Shown here piece by piece: positions 51,052 to 61,351 of a stretch of 64,000 nucleotides of DNA (position 1 is its first letter; every line of letters begins with the position of its first letter). The notes beneath the pieces are model-generated. The model searched no databases. It was given only the letters and a program-made list of their open reading frames with translations, and was not told the origin of the DNA. This DNA is from an uncultured bacterium. Its GTDB lineage: Bacteria > Cyanobacteriota > Cyanobacteriia > Cyanobacteriales > Desertifilaceae. The stretch spans positions 9,465 to 73,464 of the forward strand of contig CAZTRW010000001.1 in the NCBI GenBank assembly GCA_964616725.1. The letters are read 5' to 3'. A program made the position numbers and the translations under genes.

Positions 51052-54000
51052 TTAGTGGGAATTGAGGATGATAGGTTCAATGATCTTAATAATCCCCATG
51101 TCATCGAAGTTTTGGGCTAATTGTAAAAGGCGATCGCCAAAAGCATGATAATCTTGATGCAAGGATTGCAAATACCGAGCCTGTTTTTCTATCTCGTCAA
51201 TATCTCCAATCTTAGCCGCCTGATAAAGTCCCCTTAATTGATCGGCAGGAGGATAAATTAGGTGGGTTGGCAGAGTGGCTGTAGAAATTGGCGGGTGTGA
51301 TACTTCTTCGTACAGCCATTGCAGTTGCAAATGGCGTTTCAGAGAGGCTAACAGCTGTTCCACCTTGACTGGTTTAGGAATAAAGTCATTACATCCTGCG
51401 GCTAAAGCTCGGTTTTGATCTCCTTGAGAAACACTTGCCGAAGAAGCAATAATCGGTAGAGACTGATAACCCGGTAATTCTCGGATAAATTGAGTCATTT
51501 CATAACCATCTAATTCCGGCATCATTAGATCGGTGATAATTAAATCAGGATTTAATTCTTGCAACAGCAGTAAAGCGCCTTGGCCATTTTCTGCTTCTAC
51601 CACAGTAAAACCAAGGGTTTTTAAGAGAGCACTGAGCACTAATCGATTGGTGCTTAAATCATCCACTACCATAATTTTCCGTTGTTTGCCACGATAACCG
51701 ATCACTTTTCCCTGGTAATCAGTGGGATCGAAATCTGATTGTGAAGAGAGGGGAAAATCTATCTCAAACCAAAAGGTACTGCCTTCGCCAAGAATACTGT
51801 CTACCTGAATGGTACTTCCCATCATTTGCACAATTTGTTGACAAATGGCTAATCCTAGTCCCGTGCCTTCAGCTTGTTTTGATTTTTCGCCTACTTGTTC
51901 AAAAGGAAGAAAGATTTTTTGTAGATCTTCAGGAGTCATGCCTACCCCTGTGTCTTGAATGGCAAATTTTATTGTGACTGAGTTCGGCGTTTCTGAAGGA
52001 GTGGGAGTGATGATAAATTTCACTTCTCCTCGTTCTGTGAATTTGACGGAATTGCCGAGTAAGTTAATTAATATTTGACGGAGACGTTTTTGATCAGCAA
52101 TGATGCCAAGAGGGAGGTTTTCATCCGGTAAATAATGGAAATCAAGTCCTTTTTCTTCGGCTCTAATGCGGATGATTTCTGCCACACTTAATAAAAGAGT
52201 GTGGAGGTGAAAGGATTGGGGGATGAGTTCTAGTTTACGGGCTTCAATTTTGGATAAGTCGAGAATATCATTAATCAAGTTTAACAGATAAGAACCAGCT
52301 TGTTGAATGACTTCTACGCCTCTACGATGATCGTTGAGATCGTTGGCGCGTTGGAGAATTTGAGCATAGCCTAAAATGCCATTGAGAGGGGTGCGGAGTT
52401 CATGGCTCATGTTGGCGAGAAAATCGGTTTTCGCCTGGTTGGCGCGATCGGCGGCTTCTTTGGCTTCTTGTAGGGATTGTTCGATGTGCTTGTGATGGGT
52501 GATATTGATAGAAATCCCTAAAATTAGGGGGCGATTGGTATCAGGAGTTAGAAAGGGAGTTTTAATGCTTTCAAAATAAAGCACTTCTCCGTTGGGTTGG
52601 GTAAATTTTTCTTCAAATACAACGGTAACATTTTTTTCTAGGATTTGACGATCATTTTTTTGGTATTCTTCTAGATCCTCTAAATTGGGAATTAAGTCAG
52701 TTTCTTTCTTACCGATAATTTTGGTAATGGGAAAACCGAGGAGTTGGGCGAGACTTTGATTGACTAAAATCAGATGACCGTCAGCGTCTTTGATATAAAT
52801 TAAGTTGGGATCGGTGTCAATTATTTTCCTCAAAAAATCTTGCTGTTTTTGGAGTTCGGCGGTGCGTTGCTGTACTCGTTTTCCTAGAGATTGATTCATG
52901 GCTTTTAGTTCATCAATTGACTTTTTTAGGTGGTTTGCCATGAGATTAAAACATTGCCCTAGAAAATCAAATTCTTGGATTTTTTTAGGGCCAATAATTT
53001 GATTGAGACTGCCTTGGGCGATCGCCTGGGATGCTTTGGAGAGATCGAGAATCGGTTCTGTAATCCATTGGGCGGTCAAAACTGCTAAAGAAATGGTAAT
53101 TCCCGGGGCTAAAAACGAGAGTAAAATGGTTCTGCGAGTATTATCATAAATGGGAGACATGAACTCAGATTCTGGCACTACTAGCACAATTAGCCAATCA
53201 ATTCCTAGATCGTTAGCAAAAGAGGTCACTTTGACTAAGTGCTGTTCTTTTCGGAAGTAAAAGCTAAGTTTTTGGGGGTCTTGAATTTGATCGAATGTAC
53301 TAAACTGCTCGGTTAAATATTGGGCGGTTTCTCGAATAATAGCATGGTCGCTTTCAATGGCTTTTCGTTGCAAACTATCAGGATGATGGGATAATCGTAG
53401 GGTTTCGGGAAGGGAAGAAGCCATGAGTGAACCGGAGCGATCAATAATAAAAGTTGCTCCAGTTTGACCAATACTGAGTTGGGTGAGAAAATAACTAATT
53501 TGTCCCAGGGCGATATCAACCCTAATGACTCCTAAAAATTCACCTTGGGAAGTATAGAGGGATTGATGGGCAGAAATGACCGGCCATTGAGTAGTGGTCA
53601 AAAAATGGACATTACTCCACTGGTCTTTTCTAGTAACTTTTAATACTTTGTATATGGGGTTAGTGCGCGGATCTTGATTGGGAAGCGATCGCAACTTTCT
53701 GATTCGCTTTCCCTGCTCGTTTGTTTCCCATTCTTCTAAACTAAAGTCAGTTTTAGAGGTGGCAATATTAATCGTGATTTCGCCATCTTTATGTCGTTCC
53801 GCTCCGATAAAATCTCCCTCTTTTGTGGTTAAACTGACTAAGGCTAACTCCTCAAACTGGTGTAGTTGATTCCAGAAATAACGCTCTAATGTGGGTAAAT
53901 CTTGAGGATTCAAAAGATTCAGACGAATTGATTGGGCGTTGTTCTGATTGACTCTGATGGGTATTTTCAGCAGAGAAAGAAGCTTGTCTTCAATATAGCC

Positions 54001-54177
54001 AACCACTTCACTATGCAACTGATGAGTCACATCATTAACAGCTTCTTCTCCATTGCGTAAGGCTAACCAATTGGTGAGTCCAACCACCCCTAAGAGTTGA
54101 ATGGTAAATAAAATCACCAAAAACCAGCGCAAGGGAAGTTGGGAAGAACGGATGCGGGTAGAGAAGGGTGGTGACAT
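51052..54177 (-). CDS. Hybrid sensor histidine kinase (Cache-HAMP-PAS-HisKA-HATPase-REC)
   Basis: [36 protein letters not shown], receiver MVVDD...TDLMMP...KP. Confidence 0.92.
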   Translation of the reverse strand: MSPPFSTRIRSSQLPLRWFLVILFTIQLLGVVGLTNWLALRNGEEAVNDVTHQLHSEVVGYIEDKLLSLLKIPIRVNQNNAQSIRLNLLNPQDLPTLERYFWNQLHQFEELALVSLTTKEGDFIGAERHKDGEITINIATSKTDFSLEEWETNEQGKRIRKLRSLPNQDPRTNPIYKVLKVTRKDQWSNVHFLTTTQWPVISAHQSLYTSQGEFLGVIRVDIALGQISYFLTQLSIGQTGATFIIDRSGSLMASSLPETLRLSHHPDSLQRKAIESDHAIIRETAQYLTEQFSTFDQIQDPQKLSFYFRKEQHLVKVTSFANDLGIDWLIVLVVPESEFMSPIYDNTRRTILLSFLAPGITISLAVLTAQWITEPILDLSKASQAIAQGSLNQIIGPKKIQEFDFLGQCFNLMANHLKKSIDELKAMNQSLGKRVQQRTAELQKQQDFLRKIIDTDPNLIYIKDADGHLILVNQSLAQLLGFPITKIIGKKETDLIPNLEDLEEYQKNDRQILEKNVTVVFEEKFTQPNGEVLYFESIKTPFLTPDTNRPLILGISINITHHKHIEQSLQEAKEAADRANQAKTDFLANMSHELRTPLNGILGYAQILQRANDLNDHRRGVEVIQQAGSYLLNLINDILDLSKIEARKLELIPQSFHLHTLLLSVAEIIRIRAEEKGLDFHYLPDENLPLGIIADQKRLRQILINLLGNSVKFTERGEVKFIITPTPSETPNSVTIKFAIQDTGVGMTPEDLQKIFLPFEQVGEKSKQAEGTGLGLAICQQIVQMMGSTIQVDSILGEGSTFWFEIDFPLSSQSDFDPTDYQGKVIGYRGKQRKIMVVDDLSTNRLVLSALLKTLGFTVVEAENGQGALLLLQELNPDLIITDLMMPELDGYEMTQFIRELPGYQSLPIIASSASVSQGDQNRALAAGCNDFIPKPVKVEQLLASLKRHLQLQWLYEEVSHPPISTATLPTHLIYPPADQLRGLYQAAKIGDIDEIEKQARYLQSLHQDYHAFGDRLLQLAQNFDDMGIIKIIEPIILNSH

Positions 54178-54284
54178 GGAACTTTATGTAAAATTGACTA
54201 CGTTTTGAACAAGGATAACTCTGTCCTCAGTTGTGTAAATTTTATTTTACCTATCTTCATATTGTTGGTAAATCTTCATACTTT

Positions 54285-54617
54285 TTACGGGATCAGGCCA
54301 CATTCAAACATTCGGTTTGCCATGGGTCCAGCAACTCGGTTGATGAATTCTTCCCGCATTTGGGGATCATTGCGTAACATTTCTAGGGCTTTTTTTTCTA
54401 AGGCAGCACCAGGTCCAGTTCCTTCTCCTGGTTTGGTTTTCTGCATTTGCACTAATTGCTCGCAAGAGGAGTTGACAAATTTTTGGGTCACCAAATTAGT
54501 GGCTACATCCATTAACATTTCTTTGGTGGGTTGAGGTTGGGATAGGGAAGCACAACTATAGAGATAAAGTAATGCTGTGGAGAAGACAAATAGAGTCACA
54601 GAGAAATATTTTTTCAT
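54285..54617 (-). CDS. Conserved hypothetical lipoprotein
   Basis: Lipobox LYSC; C-terminal MANRMFECGLIP. Confidence 0.65.
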   Translation of the reverse strand: MKKYFSVTLFVFSTALLYLYSCASLSQPQPTKEMLMDVATNLVTQKFVNSSCEQLVQMQKTKPGEGTGPGAALEKKALEMLRNDPQMREEFINRVAGPMANRMFECGLIP

Positions 54618-54705
54618 GGTCTGGTTTGGGAAGGTTATTGTTGACAGTATAGGCCGAGTGACTAAGAATTGGGGAAATCGTCAATGATTTGGTAATCTGA
54701 GATAC

Positions 54706-55338
54706 TTACTTGGTACCAAATAGGCGATCGCCGGCATCTCCTAAGCCGGGTAGAATGTATCCATGATCGTCTAAGGTTTCATCAATAGCAGCCGTATAAA
54801 TGGGGATATCAGGATGTTCTAATTGGACATGATCTAAGCCTTGGGGAGCCGCCAATAAGCAAACAAACTTAATCGATTTTGGGTTTAGCTCTTTTAACCG
54901 ACTAATGGCAGCAATAGCTGTATTTCCTGTGGCTAACATGGGATCAACAATAAACATATCCCGATCCTCAACATCATGGGGTACTTTCAAATAATATTCA
55001 ATCGGAATCAGGGTTCTGGGATCTCGATATAAGCCAATATGTCCCACTCTTGCAGAAGGAATCAGCTCCAGCATTCCATCTAAAATGCCTTGTCCGGCTC
55101 GCATAATAGAAACCACCACCATTTTTTTATCTGGCGCTAACACGGGCGCTTGCATCACAGTTAAAGGTGTGGTGATTTCTTGTTGCTTTAGGGGTAAATC
55201 TCGCGTCACTTCATAGGCAAGCAGCAAACTAATTTCTTTGAGGAGAGAGCGAAATTTTGCTGTGCTAGTTTCTTGCCGTCTCATCAGAGTCAGTTTATGT
55301 AAAATTAAGGGATGGTTGATGACGGTAACGTTAGACAT
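54706..55338 (-). CDS. upp: Uracil phosphoribosyltransferase
   Basis: [39 protein letters not shown]. Confidence 0.97.
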   Translation of the reverse strand: MSNVTVINHPLILHKLTLMRRQETSTAKFRSLLKEISLLLAYEVTRDLPLKQQEITTPLTVMQAPVLAPDKKMVVVSIMRAGQGILDGMLELIPSARVGHIGLYRDPRTLIPIEYYLKVPHDVEDRDMFIVDPMLATGNTAIAAISRLKELNPKSIKFVCLLAAPQGLDHVQLEHPDIPIYTAAIDETLDDHGYILPGLGDAGDRLFGTK

Positions 55339-55360
55339 AAATCCAGGGTATTGATGGGGG

Positions 55361-56005
55361 TTACTGCTGGTCTAGTTGTTGCTGGCATAATTGTTTGATT
55401 TTGCCAGGAACTACCGAGAGATTGATGATTTTGATTAATAAATCAGGGGCGAGAGGTTCTTGGCAATAGAGGTTAATAATATCGGAGACGGTGACGGGGT
55501 GTGGTTCCCGTTGAAGGATTATAATTTCATCTCCGAGTTGAATTTCTCCTGGTTGTAGCACAGATAGATAAAAGCCTAATAAGCGGCTATGCCAAAACTG
55601 CTCTACCATATCCTCTTGGTTAAATTTTAAGTTGAGTTTATAGCAGGGACGGCGAGGTTGAATGACTTGAAATTTGGCCGTACCAATCTGGAGGCGATCG
55701 CCAATACAAATATCCGTTTCTCTTAACTCTTCAGTTGTCAAATTTTCTCCAAACATTCCCCAGGGTAACCTCTGCCATTCTGGTAATTTTTTCTGCCAGT
55801 AGCTATAATGTTCAGAAGGATAAACATAGACTGATTTTTCTAACCCACCATGGACTTTTAAATCTGCTTGTTCATCCCCTTCTAAATGATCTGCATGAAC
55901 TCTGACTAATTGTTGAACAGGAGATTTAAAAATCCCCGTCTTCACGGTCTGATTTTGCCAGATGACAGTTTTTGCTAGTCCCACATTCACAGAGACTACA
56001 TGCAT
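55361..56005 (-). CDS. MOSC-domain protein (YiiM-like)
   Basis: [34 protein letters not shown], 3-alpha tail. Confidence 0.87.
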   Translation of the reverse strand: MHVVSVNVGLAKTVIWQNQTVKTGIFKSPVQQLVRVHADHLEGDEQADLKVHGGLEKSVYVYPSEHYSYWQKKLPEWQRLPWGMFGENLTTEELRETDICIGDRLQIGTAKFQVIQPRRPCYKLNLKFNQEDMVEQFWHSRLLGFYLSVLQPGEIQLGDEIIILQREPHPVTVSDIINLYCQEPLAPDLLIKIINLSVVPGKIKQLCQQQLDQQ

Positions 56006-56016
56006 CTCCGATTCTC

Positions 56017-57225
56017 CTAAAATACAGTACCATCACTCTGAATCAACAGAGGAGGAGTTCCCCCTCGCCATTGCGTGGCAATTTTTCGTCCTGCTGTCCA
56101 AGTTCCGCCTTGTAAAACTTTCACTAAGGGTAATTCTTCTGGAGTCATGTCTAACTTTTCTCGGATGATTTCGGCTAGGCGATCGAGTAAGATAATGGTT
56201 AAAGCACGCCATTCGATTATTGCTTCTGCATCCACGGGATGAGCAATCTCTAATTGGGTAGGATCTTTAACCTCTAAAACTCCCAAATCTAGAAATAATC
56301 CGCCATTACGATATTCGGCTAACCCTGTTAATTGGTTTAAGTCGGTGATGATTAATCCGAGATCTTGTAAGGGTTCTAAGAGGGAATAGGTGAGCCATTG
56401 CGATAGTTTGTGAAAGGGGATCAGTTGGGAGCCGATTCCTGTGTTTGGTAAGGCGGAATGAGACCAGACATCACCTAAGTTTACACCATTGAGGGTAAGT
56501 CGTCCTGGCCAGATGTCGCTCAGGCTGGCAAGAATGGTCTGGAACACGGTTACGGCGGATAAATGAGAATTTTGAGATTGAGTGAGCCAATAGTTGACTA
56601 AATGACCAGGACGGGCGGGATCTGAGCCAAAATAGTGGGGGGATGCGGCTAGGATTTTACCCAGTTTTTGGAGTAATTCCAGTCTTCCTGATAAACCCAC
56701 TACAGGGTTTTCTGGGGTAACTTGCAAGAGGCTGGCGAGGGTAGACTCGGTGAAGGTTTGCAATGCTAATCCATCGACTTGATAGGGATAGTCTGGATGG
56801 CTGGAAAATTGCCCTTGCATAAAGGCTTGAAAACTGGCGATCGCCAATCCTTCCGAACGAGTATAAATTTTGCCAGTGCTGGGGTCTCGATACTGCCATT
56901 GGGAGCCGGAACCGGCATCTAAGAGGACGCTGATCGTTGCCAAATCTATTTTGGCTTGGCTTTGTGCTAGGGGTGAATCCTTGGATAAGGTGAGTTCTAA
57001 TTGATCTAAGTGGGAACCAAAATGTCGCCATCGGGAATGAAAGGGAATCTGCAAATCGGGGTAATTAGTGCGGATGACTTCAATGACGTAATCGGCGACG
57101 AGGGGTAGGTGAGATAAATGGCAACGAAAGGTGGATCGTTGATCGGATAGGGCCCAATGGAATAAAATGGAGGCACGATCGCGGATTGTCTCAGGCGATC
57201 GCAACTGAGCAACTACCCTCTCCAT
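56017..57225 (-). CDS. URC4/urg3 family protein (DUF1688)
   Basis: IPFHSRWRHF, SVLLDAGSG, RSEGLA, FHKLSQWLTYSL, TGLAEYRNGGL, VLQGGTW.AGR, SDGTVF. Confidence 0.88.
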   Translation of the reverse strand: MERVVAQLRSPETIRDRASILFHWALSDQRSTFRCHLSHLPLVADYVIEVIRTNYPDLQIPFHSRWRHFGSHLDQLELTLSKDSPLAQSQAKIDLATISVLLDAGSGSQWQYRDPSTGKIYTRSEGLAIASFQAFMQGQFSSHPDYPYQVDGLALQTFTESTLASLLQVTPENPVVGLSGRLELLQKLGKILAASPHYFGSDPARPGHLVNYWLTQSQNSHLSAVTVFQTILASLSDIWPGRLTLNGVNLGDVWSHSALPNTGIGSQLIPFHKLSQWLTYSLLEPLQDLGLIITDLNQLTGLAEYRNGGLFLDLGVLEVKDPTQLEIAHPVDAEAIIEWRALTIILLDRLAEIIREKLDMTPEELPLVKVLQGGTWTAGRKIATQWRGGTPPLLIQSDGTVF

Positions 57226-58485
57226 TCAATCTAACCCCCGACCCAGAGTTTCTTCCAGTAGCTCTTTAGAGACTTCCTCTTCGCTATAATAGCCTGCCGC
57301 CTTTTTCGCCATAATTTCCACCAGAGCATCTTTAGGAATTAACTCTGGGGGAATCGCCACCCGCTCCCGTACCTCAATACCCCCGTTGGTAATCGCATCG
57401 TACTTCATATTACTCATGGACACGAGACGATCAATCCGAGTGATGCCTAACCAATGGAGAACATCGGGCATAAATTCTTGAAAGCGCATATCTTGCACGC
57501 CAGCCACACATTCAGTGCGTTCAAAATAGGCAGTAGGGCGATCGCCTCCCTCTTGACGCTTGCGGGCATTATACACCAAAAACTTCGTTACCTCTCCCAA
57601 GGCGCGACCTTCCTTGCGGAAATACACAATTACTCCCAATCCTCTTTCCTGAGCCGTGCGAATACATACCTCAATGCCATGGGCGAGATAGGGGCGACAG
57701 GTACAAATATCCGAGCCAAACACATCCGAGCCATTACACTCATCATGCACTCGAACGGCGATGGGGCGATCTTGATCCGTAATCGCCCTTAAATCCCCAA
57801 TCAAATACACCGTCGCTCCCCCAATTGGCGGCAAATAGAGCACCAAATCCGGGCGAGTCACTAACTCTGGAAACATTCCCCCCGTTTGCTCAAACAAGGC
57901 ATGGCGCAACTCCATCTCCTCTACCCCAATCCGCTTGGCAATACCGGGAAGATACCACACCGGCTCAATGGCAGCTTTCATCACCACCAAATCCCCACCC
58001 TCTTTCAGGATAGCACCATCCACCGTTAACCGCCCCTTGGCGATCGCCTCCTGAAGTTCGGGCATATTAATATGAGCTTGGGTAATGGCGATTGTCGGTC
58101 GAATATCAATGCCGCGATCGTACAATGAACTATAAACCTCTCCCACCCGCGCGCCAAACGGATCAAGAGACACAATCTTATCCGGATCATACCAACTCGG
58201 ATGGGGTCCAATCTCCGCCACCGGTGCTGTATTCGTCAAATCCGGGCGATGATTAGGATTAAGCGCTTGACGAGCCACCGCCAAAGCCCGATAAATCGCA
58301 TAAGATCCTGAATGAGTACCAATCACATTCCGATGCGCCGGATTCGTTAATGTCGCGACAACAGCACCTCTTTTGAGAGGATCCGGATTTCCCCAATCAA
58401 TCGGAATCGGCTTTACCCCACTCTGACGAGGATGAGACGTAAGCACAATCGGTTTAGACTTAGAACGACGAGTCGGATCGGCCAT
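57226..58485 (-). CDS. GTP cyclohydrolase II-like protein of the URC1/urg1 type
   Basis: N-terminal RNVIGTHSGSYAIYRALA domain; RVHDECNGSDVFGSDICTCRPYL; RKEGRALGEVTK. Confidence 0.88.
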   Translation of the reverse strand: MADPTRRSKSKPIVLTSHPRQSGVKPIPIDWGNPDPLKRGAVVATLTNPAHRNVIGTHSGSYAIYRALAVARQALNPNHRPDLTNTAPVAEIGPHPSWYDPDKIVSLDPFGARVGEVYSSLYDRGIDIRPTIAITQAHINMPELQEAIAKGRLTVDGAILKEGGDLVVMKAAIEPVWYLPGIAKRIGVEEMELRHALFEQTGGMFPELVTRPDLVLYLPPIGGATVYLIGDLRAITDQDRPIAVRVHDECNGSDVFGSDICTCRPYLAHGIEVCIRTAQERGLGVIVYFRKEGRALGEVTKFLVYNARKRQEGGDRPTAYFERTECVAGVQDMRFQEFMPDVLHWLGITRIDRLVSMSNMKYDAITNGGIEVRERVAIPPELIPKDALVEIMAKKAAGYYSEEEVSKELLEETLGRGLD

Positions 58486-58843
58486 ACTCTTAAACCCATA
58501 ACAGTTGGAGATTACCGTATTTTGTCATAACTTGGGTTATTCCTGGCCCAGTGCGCCAGGAAAAACACCATCAAACTAAGAGTCGTTGAGTCATCATGAC
58601 TTCAGCGTATTTTTGTATCCGGCGTGTTATGGCGATCACCGCATAACACCTAATTAGCCCTCAGACCTTCTATGGGGCAGGTGACAGAGAGTTGTCTGTC
58701 GGCATTGGGATTCAGAAACCATAAATTTGCTGGTGGAAAAGCATCTTGAGCAGTGATGCAGTGTTTCAGCTTGCTCAATGGAATGAATAGGAATCAGGCT
58801 ATACTAGAGAGTAAAGTTGGAAGACCCAGAGGCGGTAAGTGCA

Positions 58844-59908
58844 ATGGTTCAAAAAATTGCCCTTTTCAATCACAAAGGTGAAGTTAGCAAAACTACAACT
58901 ACTTTCAACCTTGGGTGGATGCTTGCCTCAAAAGGGAAAAAGGTAATTCTTGTCGATACTGATCCACAATGTAACCTAACTGGCATGGCTTTGGGAGAAG
59001 AAACAGAGGATGATGAAGCAAGAATAGCAGCAATTTACAATACACGCTCGAATATAAAAACAGGTCTAGCACCAGCTTTTGAGTCGCAACCAAAAGCTAT
59101 TGAGGCAGTGGACTGTATTCCTATTGAAGGGCGAGATGGGCTATTTCTACTACCTGGTCATGTTGGTTTCGCAGAATATGAAGTTACACTAGGCATTGCT
59201 CAAGAGCTAAGTGGCTCAATCCAGGCTCTCAAGAATTTACCTGGTTCCATCACGGATTTGTTAGAGAAAACTGCCCAAAAATTTGATGCAGATTATATTC
59301 TGATCGATATGAGTCCTAGCTTGGGAGCAATCAACCAGAATCTTCTGATGACCAGCGACTTTTTCATAGTGCCTACTACTGCTGATTTCTTTTCTGTAAT
59401 GGCAATTGACTCTTTGGCTAAAGTGTTGCCGAAATGGTATGCGTGGGCAGAATCAGCTAGTTCGCTCCAAATTTTGAAAGACGCTACATATCCGTTTCCT
59501 GACGTTACACTTCGTTTTTTGGGAATCATCATTCAGAATTATCGAATCATTCGCGGTAAAGAGACTGCTGCGTTTGAGACATGGATTCAGAAAATTGAGG
59601 AAGATGTTTCCTCTAAGCTAGTTCCGGTACTTCATAAGAGGAATATGATGCTACCTGAGCAGGTATATACTGAACAAGGTATTGGTAGCAGTTTTTGTCT
59701 AACAAAAATTTCCAACTTCAATAGCCTTATTGCGCTTTCTCAAGAGCATCGCACTCCAATCTATGCTCTTACTGCTCAGCAATTAAGGCAAACAGGAGTA
59801 GTGCTACAAAATAATCAGGCAAAGCAAGCTGAGTTTCAGCAAATGTTTGAAGACCTGGCAGATAAGATCATCGGATTAACCTCTGTTTCCTATGCTGTCA
59901 GCGCTTAA
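58844..59908 (+). CDS. ParA/Soj-like ATPase with altered Walker A (KGEVSKT)
   Basis: IALFNHKGEVSKTTT, LVDTDPQCNLT, ILIDMSPSLG; start set at MVQKI. Confidence 0.82.
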   Translation: MVQKIALFNHKGEVSKTTTTFNLGWMLASKGKKVILVDTDPQCNLTGMALGEETEDDEARIAAIYNTRSNIKTGLAPAFESQPKAIEAVDCIPIEGRDGLFLLPGHVGFAEYEVTLGIAQELSGSIQALKNLPGSITDLLEKTAQKFDADYILIDMSPSLGAINQNLLMTSDFFIVPTTADFFSVMAIDSLAKVLPKWYAWAESASSLQILKDATYPFPDVTLRFLGIIIQNYRIIRGKETAAFETWIQKIEEDVSSKLVPVLHKRNMMLPEQVYTEQGIGSSFCLTKISNFNSLIALSQEHRTPIYALTAQQLRQTGVVLQNNQAKQAEFQQMFEDLADKIIGLTSVSYAVSA

Positions 59909-60275
59909 TCAATTCCGAATCAGTATTACTCGTGTTCGAGATCTGATTTCTATCCATAACTCTGTTAAAGCTCAGTCTACTCCTGCATTGGATTTATCAG
60001 ATATATTGAGAGCCGCTCTAGTTCTAGCTGTGAGTGCCTTAGATTACTATGTTCATGAAGTTGTAACGCTAGGAATATTGGAGATTCATAGAGGGCAACG
60101 TTCTGAACCTAACCCTCCGCCGAATAGTTCTCAATCCACATTTTCTCGCTTTCAGGTTTCATTGGGTAGCGCACGACAAGAAAGATTGATAGCAATGGAT
60201 ATAGCTTCTTGGCTAGAGAATGAAATCCAGCAAAGTCAAGGCTCTTTATTTTTGCAGCAGTTCTACACTGACTAA
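59892..60275 (+). pseudogene. Truncated HEPN-like (RiboL-PSP-type) protein
   Basis: LRAALVLAVSALDYYVHE matches the N-terminal half of this family as I recall it. The ORF ends at 127 aa with no RxxxxH motif, and I found no continuation downstream. Confidence 0.6.
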
Positions 60276-60417
60276 AATCCAAATCTTTAACCCGTAGTCG
60301 TAAGCCCTCTATTATTCGCAACTCTGCCCCATAGAGTATCCCTCTTCTGTCACTCTCCGGTTTTTTCTATGATTAATAATTTCCAGATCTAAGGTATACT
60401 CAGGGATGCAGAGTGTG

Positions 60418-60449
60418 GCGATCGCGCAGCGACGGAGCAGGAGTATTGC
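60418..60449 (+). repeat. HIP1-anchored 24-nt element (intergenic)
   Basis: GCGATCGC + GCAGCGACGGAGCAGGAGTATTGC; 1 mismatch to unit 3 at 61560. Confidence 0.8.
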
Positions 60450-60595
60450 CGTTTAGCCCCTGGGCAGACTCTGAGGAATTAAGATTCAGAAAGAATGGCG
60501 CGATCGCCTGCCTTATCTACACTCTCAGATTCCGAAAAGCTTTAGGTTTTCGGAAAGTGACAGCAGAGGGTTATGTTGCCTGAACTGAGCGAGTG

Positions 60596-60634
60596 AAGAA
60601 AAAGATCGCATTCTGAACCCATCAGAATGCGATC
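60596..60634 (-). terminator. Rho-independent terminator
   Basis: 13-bp perfect stem GATCGCATTCTGA/TCAGAATGCGATC followed on the minus strand by TTTTTCTT. Confidence 0.7.
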
Positions 60635-60759
60635 GTGCGTGTTTCCAATTCTCTTGTTGAGACCCAATGACTTGGACTTCACTTAGCGTTGCTGGTACTG
60701 AGAGAATCTACTCACTCTTTGGGCAAACTTCTCGCTCAGTGAATGAATAGCGCTGTTCA

Positions 60760-60873
60760 TCAAGCATTAGATGCTTCCCTTGCTGCAACCAGCAGATCTG
60801 ACAAGGCTTGAACGGATGCACTATCGGTCTGAGGTGACTGTAGAACGAACACCTTGAGTTTTCTCTGTTGCAT
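60760..60873 (-). CDS. 37-aa small protein, hypothetical
   Basis: MQQRKLKVFVLQSPQTDSASVQALSDLLVAAREASNA; AAGGAG 6 nt upstream of the ATG; terminator downstream. Confidence 0.4.
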   Translation of the reverse strand: MQQRKLKVFVLQSPQTDSASVQALSDLLVAAREASNA

Positions 60874-60891
60874 TCGCTTCTCCTTGAATAA

Positions 60892-61128
60892 CTAACCTAC
60901 CGCCACGATAGAGTGTCGCTCGGGCCGAACTATTTCCTCCACGCATCCGGGTTGAATTGTTAGTATCCACCTGGGAAGAGGTTTCTGGTTGTGCGTAACT
61001 TGCACGGCGACTTTGTGCTGTAGCTTGATTGGTGGAAGTTGACAGTAATAAGGCGATAATAAGGCGATCGCTGCTGCTGATAATGTAGTAAGGTATTTCT
61101 TGTGGATTGGATTGAGATTAAATCTCAT
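60892..61128 (-). CDS. Small hypothetical protein, possibly exported
   Basis: 78 aa with a hydrophobic N-region, but only 29 nt from the divergent ndhS start. Confidence 0.3.
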   Translation of the reverse strand: MRFNLNPIHKKYLTTLSAAAIALLSPYYCQLPPIKLQHKVAVQVTHNQKPLPRWILTIQPGCVEEIVRPERHSIVAVG

Positions 61129-61157
61129 GATATGGATAACTTACGAGGTAATTAACC

Positions 61158-61343
61158 ATGATTTTACCAGGTGTGGCAGTTCGCGTGAAAAATATCGGTG
61201 ATACCTACTATGGGTTTACAGGACAAGTACAACGGGTGACAGATGGCAAAGCCGCCGTGTTATTTGAAGGCGGGAATTGGGATAAATTAGTCACCTTTCG
61301 CTTGGCTGAGTTGGAAATTGTCGATCCGACGACGAAGAAATAG
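61158..61343 (+). CDS. ndhS: NDH-1 complex subunit NdhS
   Basis: [39 protein letters not shown]. Confidence 0.93.
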   Translation: MILPGVAVRVKNIGDTYYGFTGQVQRVTDGKAAVLFEGGNWDKLVTFRLAELEIVDPTTKK

Positions 61344-61351
61344 ATCGGGCT

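Noticed and set aside
58844-59908. Chromosome partitioning parA
   Set aside because: There is no parB or parS nearby, it is coupled to a HEPN-like ORF, and it carries the longer insert typical of conflict-associated ParA-like ATPases.
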